A stretch of 32,380 nucleotides of DNA from Phascolarctobacterium sp. (GTDB lineage Bacteria; Bacillota; Negativicutes; Acidaminococcales; Acidaminococcaceae), in the NCBI GenBank assembly GCA_022718015.1, contig JAIHZV010000001.1:1-32380 (forward strand), in the 5' to 3' direction. Shown piece after piece: positions 1 to 8,097 of this stretch. The position numbers were made by a program, and so were the translations under genes. Below the pieces are notes generated by a model, which saw only the letters and a list, made by a program, of their open reading frames with translations, did no database searches and had not been told where the DNA came from. How positions within the stretch are numbered: position 1 is the first letter of the stretch; each line of letters begins with the position of its first letter.

Positions 1-98
1 GTCTACTGATTCGTCTACTCGTCTACTGATTCGTCTACTCGTCTACTGATTCGTCTACTCGTCTACTGATTCGTCTACTCGTCTACTGATTCGTCTAC
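1..98. repeat. Tandem repeat, 20-bp unit GTCTACTGATTCGTCTACTC, ~4.9 copies, truncated by the window edge
   Basis: Four perfect units at 1, 21, 41 and 61, plus 18 nt of a fifth at 81-98. Each unit is a 12-mer plus an 8-mer, both starting GTCTAC. Confidence 0.97.
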
Positions 99-109
99 CA
101 GATTACGAT

Positions 110-1873
110 TCATTTTATTCTTAAATTTCCTAATTCTCCATCTTCTAATACATATGTAATTTGCCTGCCTCTACGCACCTTTTTGATAAGTTGTTCATCA
201 ATCAACCTATTTAATGCTTTAACAGCTCCAGATTTACTTGTCAATTTAGTACTAGTTATAACCTGCTGTGCTGTTATAAACCCATTTGTTTTTATATAAT
301 TATAAATTATTTTATCAGTATCTATTTTGAAATCAATTTGTTCATCAACAGTTAAGTCTATTTGTTCTGGTGGAATACTAAAGCGTTCATTGATACTATA
401 ACGACGCCATCTGCCATTCCCATCAAATATAAGTATATTTTTATGAACTAATTCTAAAAGCATGCGTCCTACTTCTATGCTGGTCAGTCCAAGGATGGCT
501 TGTAATCGACTATTAGTCACATACCTCTCCAAATACGCAGTCCCTAGAATAATTTGCCCACACCTTTCTAATTTTTCATATACCCATCCAAATTTGTTTT
601 GCAAGTACTCTGTACATTCTTTTGGCATTAAAGAAATCTTCCATAACTTTAATTCAACCTGATTCAAATCTTCATTTTCTTGTAAATCTGGTTTTCTCCA
701 CTTTTCTTCTCCCCACGCCTGTAAAATTGTTGGAAATCCAGACCCCAAATTATCACCATAGCCTATCATTCTAAACATTGTTTGCAACCGTGGATTTCTT
801 GCCATAGAATGTCCACCTTCGTATATTCTTTGAACAGACAATTTTAAATTACCAGGATTAGAAAATTCAAATCCCATATCTGTTTTCACGACTTTCAGTA
901 AACCATTAACCATATAATCACTATGTATTACCATATTAATCACAGCTTCACGAATTGCTTTACGGACTGGTGTATCATCAACTCTAATTAAACCTTTCAA
1001 TTTAAATGGCTGTCTAATGCCAAATACTAATTTAGGCATAACTATTCTTACAAAATTATATAAATTGTTTTCCCACCTTCCATCATACGTAATTCTATCA
1101 CTCCAACGACTTCCTGGAACCAAATTACTTTTATCAATATAATCCATGCGAATATTATCAAAACGATCAATAATCGAGCTTCCCTTACCAAACATCAATA
1201 ATCCAGCTGTTGTAAGCCACTTATCGCCTGTTTCTCTATCCAAAGAATAACATTTCATTTTTTCCAAAAATAACACATCATCTAGTCCATTCCATACATG
1301 TTCAGGATTTCTATTTTGAAATTCAATTCGATAGGAATGTAATGAATTCATATCTATATCATCTACTGTAAATCCTCTTAATAAACTTCCATCATTGCCA
1401 GAATCATTAGCATCTCTAATCATAGCCTTAACTTCATCTTCTGTACAATGATAATCGCCTTCATGATTACGCTTAAAAGTCCCCTTGTAAGGATTTTCAT
1501 TAATATATACAGGGCGATACTTATACTCAGCACGAGGTATTTTTATCCAAATTATATCTGCATTATTAACATTACATATTCCAATATCAGAATCCATTAA
1601 AAGATTACTACTAACTTTAGAGCTATTAATAGTATTCCAAAATTCGATTATTCGTTGTTGTGGATTTTGAATTGAAACAAAGTTAAATCGTTTATTAAAA
1701 TCAATTTCTTTTAATTTTTCTTCAACGCCTAATAAGATAATCCCTCCATCAGTATTAGCAAAAGATGAATACGTTTCCCATACAGCTTTAGGTAATTGAT
1801 TCTCCGCTTTTTTACATTCTAAATTTATATGTTCTCCATATTTCAGAAGTTCTATAATTTCTTTGGCATCCAT
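110..1873 (-). CDS. AlbA_2 (Schlafen-like) domain + HATPase_c_4-like domain + C-terminal winged HTH protein (often annotated 'RecG-like/putative transcriptional regulator')
   Basis: N-terminal GEHINLECKKA...YSSFANTDGGIILLGVEE matches AlbA_2. AIREAVINMVIHSDY, NPG, RNPRL and GSGFPTI match HATPase_c_4. The C-terminus is wHTH-like. RBS GGAGGG lies upstream, and the gene is visibly AT-richer than its neighbours. Confidence 0.85.
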   Translation of the reverse strand: MDAKEIIELLKYGEHINLECKKAENQLPKAVWETYSSFANTDGGIILLGVEEKLKEIDFNKRFNFVSIQNPQQRIIEFWNTINSSKVSSNLLMDSDIGICNVNNADIIWIKIPRAEYKYRPVYINENPYKGTFKRNHEGDYHCTEDEVKAMIRDANDSGNDGSLLRGFTVDDIDMNSLHSYRIEFQNRNPEHVWNGLDDVLFLEKMKCYSLDRETGDKWLTTAGLLMFGKGSSIIDRFDNIRMDYIDKSNLVPGSRWSDRITYDGRWENNLYNFVRIVMPKLVFGIRQPFKLKGLIRVDDTPVRKAIREAVINMVIHSDYMVNGLLKVVKTDMGFEFSNPGNLKLSVQRIYEGGHSMARNPRLQTMFRMIGYGDNLGSGFPTILQAWGEEKWRKPDLQENEDLNQVELKLWKISLMPKECTEYLQNKFGWVYEKLERCGQIILGTAYLERYVTNSRLQAILGLTSIEVGRMLLELVHKNILIFDGNGRWRRYSINERFSIPPEQIDLTVDEQIDFKIDTDKIIYNYIKTNGFITAQQVITSTKLTSKSGAVKALNRLIDEQLIKKVRRGRQITYVLEDGELGNLRIK

Positions 1874-1907
1874 TATATAATCCCTCCATAATTCTATGCT
1901 TATATAG

Positions 1908-2651
1908 CTACCTTCTTCTCCTCAGCACCTGTTTCTCCCACGTTTTCACCGTCTGCTCCTGTAAAAATATTTTGAGCGGCTGCAAATTTTGCTCTTCATC
2001 CCACGCTTCCAGCGCCTCAAAGTACGCCTTTCTATCCTCCTGATGAATAACAATCGGCGGATGGCTATGCAGCACCAGCAAATAATTCATCACTAACCGA
2101 CCTGTTCGTCCGTTGCCATCGGCAAAGGGATGGATATTCTCAAACTTTGCATGAAAAAAAGCAGCAGCCGTCAGCGCATTTTTATCGTCTATGTCGTTGA
2201 TATCTTCTATTAACTCCCGCATTTCGTCCGGCACATCCTCCGGCCAGGCTCCTGTTTCATTCTTACCTGTTACGTAATCACCCTTTTTATATTCCCCCGG
2301 ACGTTCGCCCTTTTTCCAACGTAGCGGGTCATAGGTGTTCAGCGTCAGGCGCTTTTGTATTTCCTTTATCAACTCTTCATTGACAGGCTGGCGCCTTTCA
2401 AAGGCTTCAAAAAAATATTCATTGGCCAGCTTTGCATTGCGAATTTCAAACAAGGTGCGAATATCTCCCGTATAGCTCGTCACACCATCATGCTCAAAAA
2501 TTTCTCTTGTATCGTGATAAGTAACCTTAGGATTTTCGATATTGCCCGAATTATAGGCAAAGGAAATCACATGACCGTTGAACGCTTCTTCCAAATCTGC
2601 GTCCGTCTGAATATTTTTCGCCTGCCACCAGGCAACAATCTGCTCGTACAT
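1908..2651 (-). CDS. Fic family protein (class II-like, intact catalytic motif)
   Basis: HPFADGNGRTGR fits the canonical HPFxDGNGRxxR motif. N-terminal SGNIEN fits the (S/T)xxxE(G/N) inhibitory motif. RBS GGAGG lies upstream. Confidence 0.93.
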   Translation of the reverse strand: MYEQIVAWWQAKNIQTDADLEEAFNGHVISFAYNSGNIENPKVTYHDTREIFEHDGVTSYTGDIRTLFEIRNAKLANEYFFEAFERRQPVNEELIKEIQKRLTLNTYDPLRWKKGERPGEYKKGDYVTGKNETGAWPEDVPDEMRELIEDINDIDDKNALTAAAFFHAKFENIHPFADGNGRTGRLVMNYLLVLHSHPPIVIHQEDRKAYFEALEAWDEEQNLQPLKIFLQEQTVKTWEKQVLRRRR

Positions 2652-2773
2652 TGCGCACCTCCGACTAAATTTACTTCTCTATAATGATATTATACCATAT
2701 CTACACGAGCATGATTATCCTATCCAAAATTACAAAAAGCACTTGACTTCAAGCTAGTGTTTGTGGACAACGT

Positions 2774-2828
2774 AAAAGAACTATCGCCTTGAGTACTGCC
2801 CAAAGCAATACTCTGCGATAGTTCTTTT
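2774..2828. terminator. Intrinsic terminator ending the SPFH-ZnR-TPM operon (possibly bidirectional)
   Basis: AAAAGAACTATCGC (2774-2787) and GCGATAGTTCTTTT (2815-2828) form a perfect inverted repeat 12 nt past the TPM stop codon. Confidence 0.8.
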
Positions 2829-2840
2829 TCTATTTCCGCG

Positions 2841-3623
2841 TCAGTAGCCACCGCCACCGCCGCCATGATCATCATCACTGCAATTGTCGCTTACGCTGCC
2901 GTCGTCGCTAGAGCTGCTTCTGTCATTCTTCGGCTTCGGCACTGCTGCTACCGTAGTATGGGTATAAATATCGTCTTCATGCACCAGCTTGAAGGTTTCC
3001 TTATTCAGGTAAGCATCTGCCGCCACCTCGTTGCGTACATTGCTCATGCTGCTCATCAGCATGCCGCGATATACGTAGGCGATAATGCCGCCGCCAGCCA
3101 GGCCGATAATCAATGCCAGCCAGTTGAATTCCTCCTCAGGCTCCCAGGGCTCGCCGTTAGCTTCATAATAGCTCATGAGCTCGCCGCCCTTTTGTGCGTA
3201 GGTGATATACGCTCCGGCATAATCATTGTTCTTCAGCTTAGCTACCATAGGCTTGCTCATGTATTCTACACCAGCATTACCTTTAACAACCTCTTTCAGC
3301 TTTTTGTCAGTGCTGATATACCATTTGCGTTTGTCGATAACCTGCAAAAGCACCATATTGCCGTTGGCACCGTCATTATAAACATCATCAATCAGCTTGT
3401 TGGCATATTTGCCGGGTTCCTCATTGTTGATGGTTTTCATGACTACAACGCCCATACGGATACCATGCTCCTGCTCCTGTCTACGCAGCTCTGTGAGCAC
3501 CTCACGCTTCTGCTGCGGAGTCAGTACATTAGCATTATCTACCAGGCTCGGCGCTGCTGCCAAACCGACGCTTGCCAGCATCAGGGCTGCCAGCATGGTC
3601 AAGATTACAAATAACTTTCTCAT
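2841..3623 (-). CDS. TPM domain membrane protein (YdjH-like) with Gly/Ser-rich C-terminal tail
   Basis: Signal peptide, then LVDNANVLT...GVVVMKT TPM-type N-terminus, one TM helix (WLALIIGLAGGGIIAYVY) and a terminal HGGGGGGY. Confidence 0.85.
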   Translation of the reverse strand: MRKLFVILTMLAALMLASVGLAAAPSLVDNANVLTPQQKREVLTELRRQEQEHGIRMGVVVMKTINNEEPGKYANKLIDDVYNDGANGNMVLLQVIDKRKWYISTDKKLKEVVKGNAGVEYMSKPMVAKLKNNDYAGAYITYAQKGGELMSYYEANGEPWEPEEEFNWLALIIGLAGGGIIAYVYRGMLMSSMSNVRNEVAADAYLNKETFKLVHEDDIYTHTTVAAVPKPKNDRSSSSDDGSVSDNCSDDDHGGGGGGY

Positions 3624-3635
3624 AATGGCACCTCC

Positions 3636-4739
3636 CTACATCACGAACCAGGCGATAAGATAAACCAAAATCGCACCAATGAGGAAGGAAATCAGCGTAT
3701 AGTTGCGCAGCTTGCCGTAATCAATCGGCAGACTGCCGACGAACTTGCCGGTCTGACCGTTCATCATAAAGGTGTAGGGCTTATCTTCAAAACGAGTTGT
3801 TAAAATCCACACCGGCACCATTGCATAGTGTACATCGTTCTCTTCCTTGATAACCGCAAGGTCATTATTGGCGCTGACCGAGGTATAACCGGTAACGGTG
3901 TTTTCCAGACAAGATTCCGCACTTTTTACTACGCGCGCGTCTGCACGGCTTACGGCTGCTTCCGCATCAACATCATACTTATCTGCCAGATAACCAGCTA
4001 AATAAGAGGTGCTGAAGGGAACCATTTCCTTGTAATCAAACGGCTCAATGCTTTCCATGAACTGGTCGTCCATCTTCTCGCTGCCGTCTACAGGAATACG
4101 CTCAAAGGACATTGTGCCTTCACGAACGCAGTTATAGTGCAATGTAGTCGTAATAATCTCGTCATCCGTTTCATAAACGGAATCACTGCGGCCTTCAAAG
4201 CTGCCGCTCGCATTAACCGAGGAATCGAACAGCCAGAACGGTACATACATCGCCTGGATATCCTCCACACGGTTGTTAGCAGTAAAAGCATCAGGCAAAA
4301 GCTTCTTGCCCTTATAGAATTCCTTGAGCGCAGCTACAGCCTGCTCCTTGGTTTTCTTGAACGGAATTACGAAGTCCGGCTTCAGCATATTGTCGAAGCG
4401 GCTCGGAAGCATCGTCGGGTTGCCGCAGTAGCAGCACTCTGTCGCCATGGTGTTTTCGTCGCATACGATTTCGGCACCGCAGCTGGAGCAGGTGAACGCC
4501 TTCATCATTTCAGCTTCTTCCTTCTCCCATTCGCTGCCTGCGTTAGCGGTATCCCACTTGGCTTCCTTAGCTGCCTGCGCCTTCGCTGCAGCAGCCTCCT
4601 TCGCTGCATATAACTCCTCTACTGCCTTGATTTCCAGTTCCGTACCGCAATATTCGCACGTCACCTTATCATGCCCGGGCAGGAATGTTAAAGGAGCATT
4701 ACAATTTGGGCACTGATAGTTTACAGAGGTTGCAGCCAT
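3636..4739 (-). CDS. Zinc-ribbon membrane-anchored protein (YdjG-like)
   Basis: Four CxxC pairs (CPNC/CEYC, CSSC/CCYC), motifs YVPFWLF, PVW and MNGQTGK, and a C-terminal TM helix. Confidence 0.8.
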   Translation of the reverse strand: MAATSVNYQCPNCNAPLTFLPGHDKVTCEYCGTELEIKAVEELYAAKEAAAAKAQAAKEAKWDTANAGSEWEKEEAEMMKAFTCSSCGAEIVCDENTMATECCYCGNPTMLPSRFDNMLKPDFVIPFKKTKEQAVAALKEFYKGKKLLPDAFTANNRVEDIQAMYVPFWLFDSSVNASGSFEGRSDSVYETDDEIITTTLHYNCVREGTMSFERIPVDGSEKMDDQFMESIEPFDYKEMVPFSTSYLAGYLADKYDVDAEAAVSRADARVVKSAESCLENTVTGYTSVSANNDLAVIKEENDVHYAMVPVWILTTRFEDKPYTFMMNGQTGKFVGSLPIDYGKLRNYTLISFLIGAILVYLIAWFVM

Positions 4740-4893
4740 AATATCACCTCGATATTCTGTAGCTTAGCAGGCTCACTGCCCTCTCAGCCGAGAGCAGCAG
4801 TGCCGCCTGCCAGCTTTACACTTCGTCACCCAGAACATCTCTGTTCTCCCCCTGCATAGGGGCCTTCATCGTGCCTCACACGATAGCCGGGGC

Positions 4894-6414
4894 TTATTGT
4901 TTATCGTTGTCGTCGAAAATATCGCCGCACTCAGGGCAGAACTTCGGCGGATTATGCGGATCATCAGGTACCCAGCCGCACTTATCGCACTTGAAAACAG
5001 GTGCGCCCTCAGGCTTCTTCGCACCGCAGTTAGCGCAAAATCTGCCTTGGTTTACAGTGCCGCAGCTGCAGGTCCAGCCTGCCTGCTCCTCCGGCTTCGG
5101 TGCGCCGCACTCAGCGCAGAATTTGCCGGTGTTGCCGCTGTGACCGCAAGCGCAGGTCCAGCCTGCTTCTGCTGCCTTCGGCTCAGGCTTCTTCGCACCG
5201 CATTCAGCACAGAATTTGCCGGTGTTGCCGGCATGACCGCAGCTGCAGGTCCAGCCTGCTTCAGCTGCTTGCGGAGCCGGAGCAGCTGCCGGAGCTGCCG
5301 CGCCCATTGCTGCGCCACCCATCGGTGCGCCAGGCTGCTGCATGCCAGGCTGAGCATAGCCGCCCTGTGGCGGATAGCCGGGCTGAGCGTAGCCTTGCGG
5401 CGGCTGCATAGCCATCTGCTGGTTCAGAGCGTTCATCATATTGCCGCCCTGAGCACCTGCCATACCCATGCCCATGAAGCCCATCATCGCGCCGCCCTCG
5501 TTGCCGGCAGCAGTCTGCATAGCAGTACCGGTTGCGCCGGTCATGAAGGCCATGCGTGCATTCGGATTAGAGAGAGCCTGCAGATCGCGAATGTATTTTT
5601 CGTCCTCTTCGCTCGCTTTAACGCTGCTTACGCCGAAGGAAATAACCTCTACGCCACGCAGCTCGCGCCATTTCTTGCTCAGCACGTCATTGAGTGCATC
5701 GCCGATTTCCTGTGCATGACCAGGCAGTGCACTGTAGCGCACGCCCTTTTCACTCATCATGCCAAAGGCTTGGTTCAGGCCGGTCAACAGCTCAGTTTTC
5801 AGCTGGCCGTCAATCTCGCTGCGCTGATATTCGTCGCTTACGTTGCCGCAAACATTGGTATAGAACAAAATCGGATTGGTAATCTTGTAGCTGTACTCGC
5901 CAAAGCAGCGGATAGGGATATCCATATCCAGACCGATGCGCTGGTCAACAACACGAAAGGGAATCGGGCTGGCAGTGCCATATTTGTTGCCGATGATTTC
6001 CTTCGTATTGAAGAAGTACACGCGCTGATCCTTGCCAGGATCGCCGCCATAGGTGAAACGCTTGCCGATCTGAGCAAAGACATTCTTAACACTCTGCATA
6101 TTCAGGCCATCTGCCATGATGGACGGCTCAGAAGAGGTATCATAAGTATATTCGCCCGGCTCGGAGCAAAGCTCTACAACCTTGCCGTTTTCTACGATAA
6201 TCATGCACTGACCTTCGTTGATGGCAATAGTGGAGCCGTTGCTGATGATGTTATCCTCTGCCGTAGTGTTGGAGCTGCGTCCTTGGCTGGAGGTACGCTT
6301 CATGCCCTTGGCAACCAGAACATCCGGCTTCATGCTTTCACAGTAAATAAACTCTTTCCATTGATCGCCCAGTACGCCGCCAGCTGCGCCTAAAGCTGCT
6401 TTAATCAAACCCAT
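4894..6414 (-). CDS. SPFH/Band-7 domain protein (YdjI-like, 'virion core protein'-type) with four C-terminal zinc ribbons
   Basis: DQWKEF, NIISNGS, KYGTASPIPF and IRCFGEYSYKI motifs, a Met/Gly/Gln/Pro/Ala-rich linker, three WTCxCG...FCxxCG repeats and a final CDKC...CPEC. Confidence 0.88.
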   Translation of the reverse strand: MGLIKAALGAAGGVLGDQWKEFIYCESMKPDVLVAKGMKRTSSQGRSSNTTAEDNIISNGSTIAINEGQCMIIVENGKVVELCSEPGEYTYDTSSEPSIMADGLNMQSVKNVFAQIGKRFTYGGDPGKDQRVYFFNTKEIIGNKYGTASPIPFRVVDQRIGLDMDIPIRCFGEYSYKITNPILFYTNVCGNVSDEYQRSEIDGQLKTELLTGLNQAFGMMSEKGVRYSALPGHAQEIGDALNDVLSKKWRELRGVEVISFGVSSVKASEEDEKYIRDLQALSNPNARMAFMTGATGTAMQTAAGNEGGAMMGFMGMGMAGAQGGNMMNALNQQMAMQPPQGYAQPGYPPQGGYAQPGMQQPGAPMGGAAMGAAAPAAAPAPQAAEAGWTCSCGHAGNTGKFCAECGAKKPEPKAAEAGWTCACGHSGNTGKFCAECGAPKPEEQAGWTCSCGTVNQGRFCANCGAKKPEGAPVFKCDKCGWVPDDPHNPPKFCPECGDIFDDNDKQ

Positions 6415-6497
6415 AATACAACCTCCTTTGTATTACAAAAAATTTTTTAAGCTTCCCTGCGTCTATCGCAGGTGTTGATTTAATCGACTGCGTTTTT

Positions 6498-6526
6498 ATT
6501 TTAGCAAACATCATATGCTTTTTCAA
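6498..6526 (-). promoter_or_regulatory. Putative sigma-A promoter for the SPFH operon
   Basis: Minus strand reads TTGAAA (6526-6521), 17 nt, TAAAAT (6503-6498), with a TGn extension. Confidence 0.6.
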
Positions 6527-6556
6527 ATTCATTTTTGCTAAATTCGCCTAAAGCAG

Positions 6557-6585
6557 TTTACTAATCGCCGATTATGTTATACACT
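6557..6585 (+). promoter_or_regulatory. Putative sigma-A promoter for the solute-binding protein/LuxR operon
   Basis: TTTACT (6557-6562), 17 nt, TACACT (6580-6585). Confidence 0.4.
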
Positions 6586-6652
6586 AGGGTTATACGAAAA
6601 CTACATCTCGTCTTCTGCAGCTTTAGTTTAACAAAAATCCTGCCATCTGACA

Positions 6653-6678
6653 CTACCCCAAAGGTTAATTTTGGATAG
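6653..6678. promoter_or_regulatory. Palindromic operator candidate, copy 1 (CTACCCCAA-N8-TTTGGATAG)
   Basis: Identical left half-site and spacing to the copy at 17091-17116. A minus-strand TAAACT (6630-6625) lies 22 nt away. Confidence 0.6.
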
Positions 6679-6730
6679 GATAGGCAATTTTTTTTGCTGC
6701 ACCAGCACTTTTTACCGGAGGTTTTCACTT

Positions 6731-8077
6731 ATGAAGCGTATTTTTATCCTGCTGCTCAGCCTGTGCGTTCTGCTTCTGGCAGGCTGCGGCTCTGACAAGA
6801 GTCTTAATCCTGATAAGCCGGTTTCCGTCACCATCTGGCATGTGTACGGCAACCAGACTAATTCGCCCTTCAACGATCTGATTGATAAGTTCAACGCCAG
6901 CGAAGGCAAAAAGCAAGGCGTTATTGTCAAGGTGGAATCCGTCAGCAGCTCCAACGTCATCGACAAGGCACTCTACGCCTCTGCCAAGGGCGCTCCCGGC
7001 TCTGCACCGCTGCCGAATATGTTCACGGCCTATCCGCGCGTCATAGATAATCTCGAGGACAAGCTGCTCGACTGGAACGATTATCTCACGCAGGACGACT
7101 TAAAGATTTATAAGCCGGAATTTCTCGCTGAGGGCTATAAGGGCAAAAAGCTTTATATGCTGCCCATCGCCAAATCCACCGAGCTGCTCTTTTTGAACCA
7201 AACCTTCTTCGACCGCTTTGCCGCGGAAAATAATATCAATCCTGCTGACCTCGGCGATTACGACAAGCTTTTCGCTATCTGCCGCCAATATTACAAATGG
7301 AGCGGCGGTAAAAATATGTTCCAGCTGGATGATTTCTACAATTATTATCTAACGAGCATGGAGTCCCTCGGTGACCCGCTCATCAAGAACGGCAAGCCCG
7401 ACCTGACCTGCCCCGCCTTCAAGCGTGTCTTCCGCGCAGCAGCGCAGACAGCCATCGCCGGCGTCCTGGGTATTGAAAAGGGCTATGCTACGGACGGCTG
7501 GAAAACAGGCGCCTTAATCAGCAACGTCGGCTCCACCGCCGCCATCATGTATATGTGTGATTACGTAACCCATCCCGACAATACACGCGAGGATATCATC
7601 ACCAACTACTATCCTAACCCTGTCTTCAGCGGTGGCAAGGTGAAGCTGCTGCAGCGCGGTGTCGGACTTTTGGCTATCAAAAGCAAGGATGAACGTCAAA
7701 ACCTTGCCTGCGCAGTCTTTGCCAAATGGCTGGCACAAAAGGATAAAAATATTTACTTCGCTGTGCACGCAGGCTATCTGCCCTCGAACGGTGAAGCGCT
7801 GACCGAAGTGCTTGCCCATCCGGATATGGTGCATAACGCCAAATATCAGAAGCTTTATACCTGCATGCAGCAGGTTTACAGCAAAGGCAGCTTCCTGCAC
7901 CTGCCGCATTACCCCAACGCCGGGGAAACGCAGCGCAGCCTGGAATATGGCAGCAAGAACATCCTGCGTCAGGCACACCGGCAATATCTTGCCGAGGTAC
8001 AGGCAGGCGCAGAGCCGCAGGCTGTTCTCGACCGTTTAGTAGAAGAAAGCTACCAGAAGCTTTTGACCTATAAATAA
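6731..8077 (+). CDS. Extracellular solute-binding lipoprotein (carbohydrate/family-1 type), with no permease or ATPase partner nearby
   Basis: Start reassigned to ATG 6731 (GGAGG at 6717-6721). MKRIF...LLAGC is a lipobox. VTIWH, LYMLPIAKSTELLFLN and FAKWL...GYLP are SBP-type motifs. Confidence 0.85.
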   Translation: MKRIFILLLSLCVLLLAGCGSDKSLNPDKPVSVTIWHVYGNQTNSPFNDLIDKFNASEGKKQGVIVKVESVSSSNVIDKALYASAKGAPGSAPLPNMFTAYPRVIDNLEDKLLDWNDYLTQDDLKIYKPEFLAEGYKGKKLYMLPIAKSTELLFLNQTFFDRFAAENNINPADLGDYDKLFAICRQYYKWSGGKNMFQLDDFYNYYLTSMESLGDPLIKNGKPDLTCPAFKRVFRAAAQTAIAGVLGIEKGYATDGWKTGALISNVGSTAAIMYMCDYVTHPDNTREDIITNYYPNPVFSGGKVKLLQRGVGLLAIKSKDERQNLACAVFAKWLAQKDKNIYFAVHAGYLPSNGEALTEVLAHPDMVHNAKYQKLYTCMQQVYSKGSFLHLPHYPNAGETQRSLEYGSKNILRQAHRQYLAEVQAGAEPQAVLDRLVEESYQKLLTYK

Positions 8078-8097
8078 GCCTGCAGAAAGGAGAGCCT

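Noticed and set aside
1..98. CRISPR array
   Set aside because: The units are contiguous and identical, with no unique spacers, and no cas genes are in the window.
4897..6393. 498-aa + strand ORF
   Set aside because: It is the antisense shadow of the SPFH gene, with no motifs or RBS. Such shadows are expected from codon bias.
6500..6542. CIRCE (HrcA) element
   Set aside because: Only TTAGCA/TGCTAA match. The inner bases and spacing do not fit TTAGCACTC-N9-GAGTGCTAA.
2762..6585. Isolated DnaA-box-like 9-mers (TGTGGACAA at 2762, TTATACACT at 6577)
   Set aside because: Single one-mismatch hits far from the clusters are expected by chance.
6671..6730. N-terminal extension of the SBP from TTG 6671
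   Set aside because: The RBS and lipoprotein signal fit ATG 6731, and the extension overlaps the operator.
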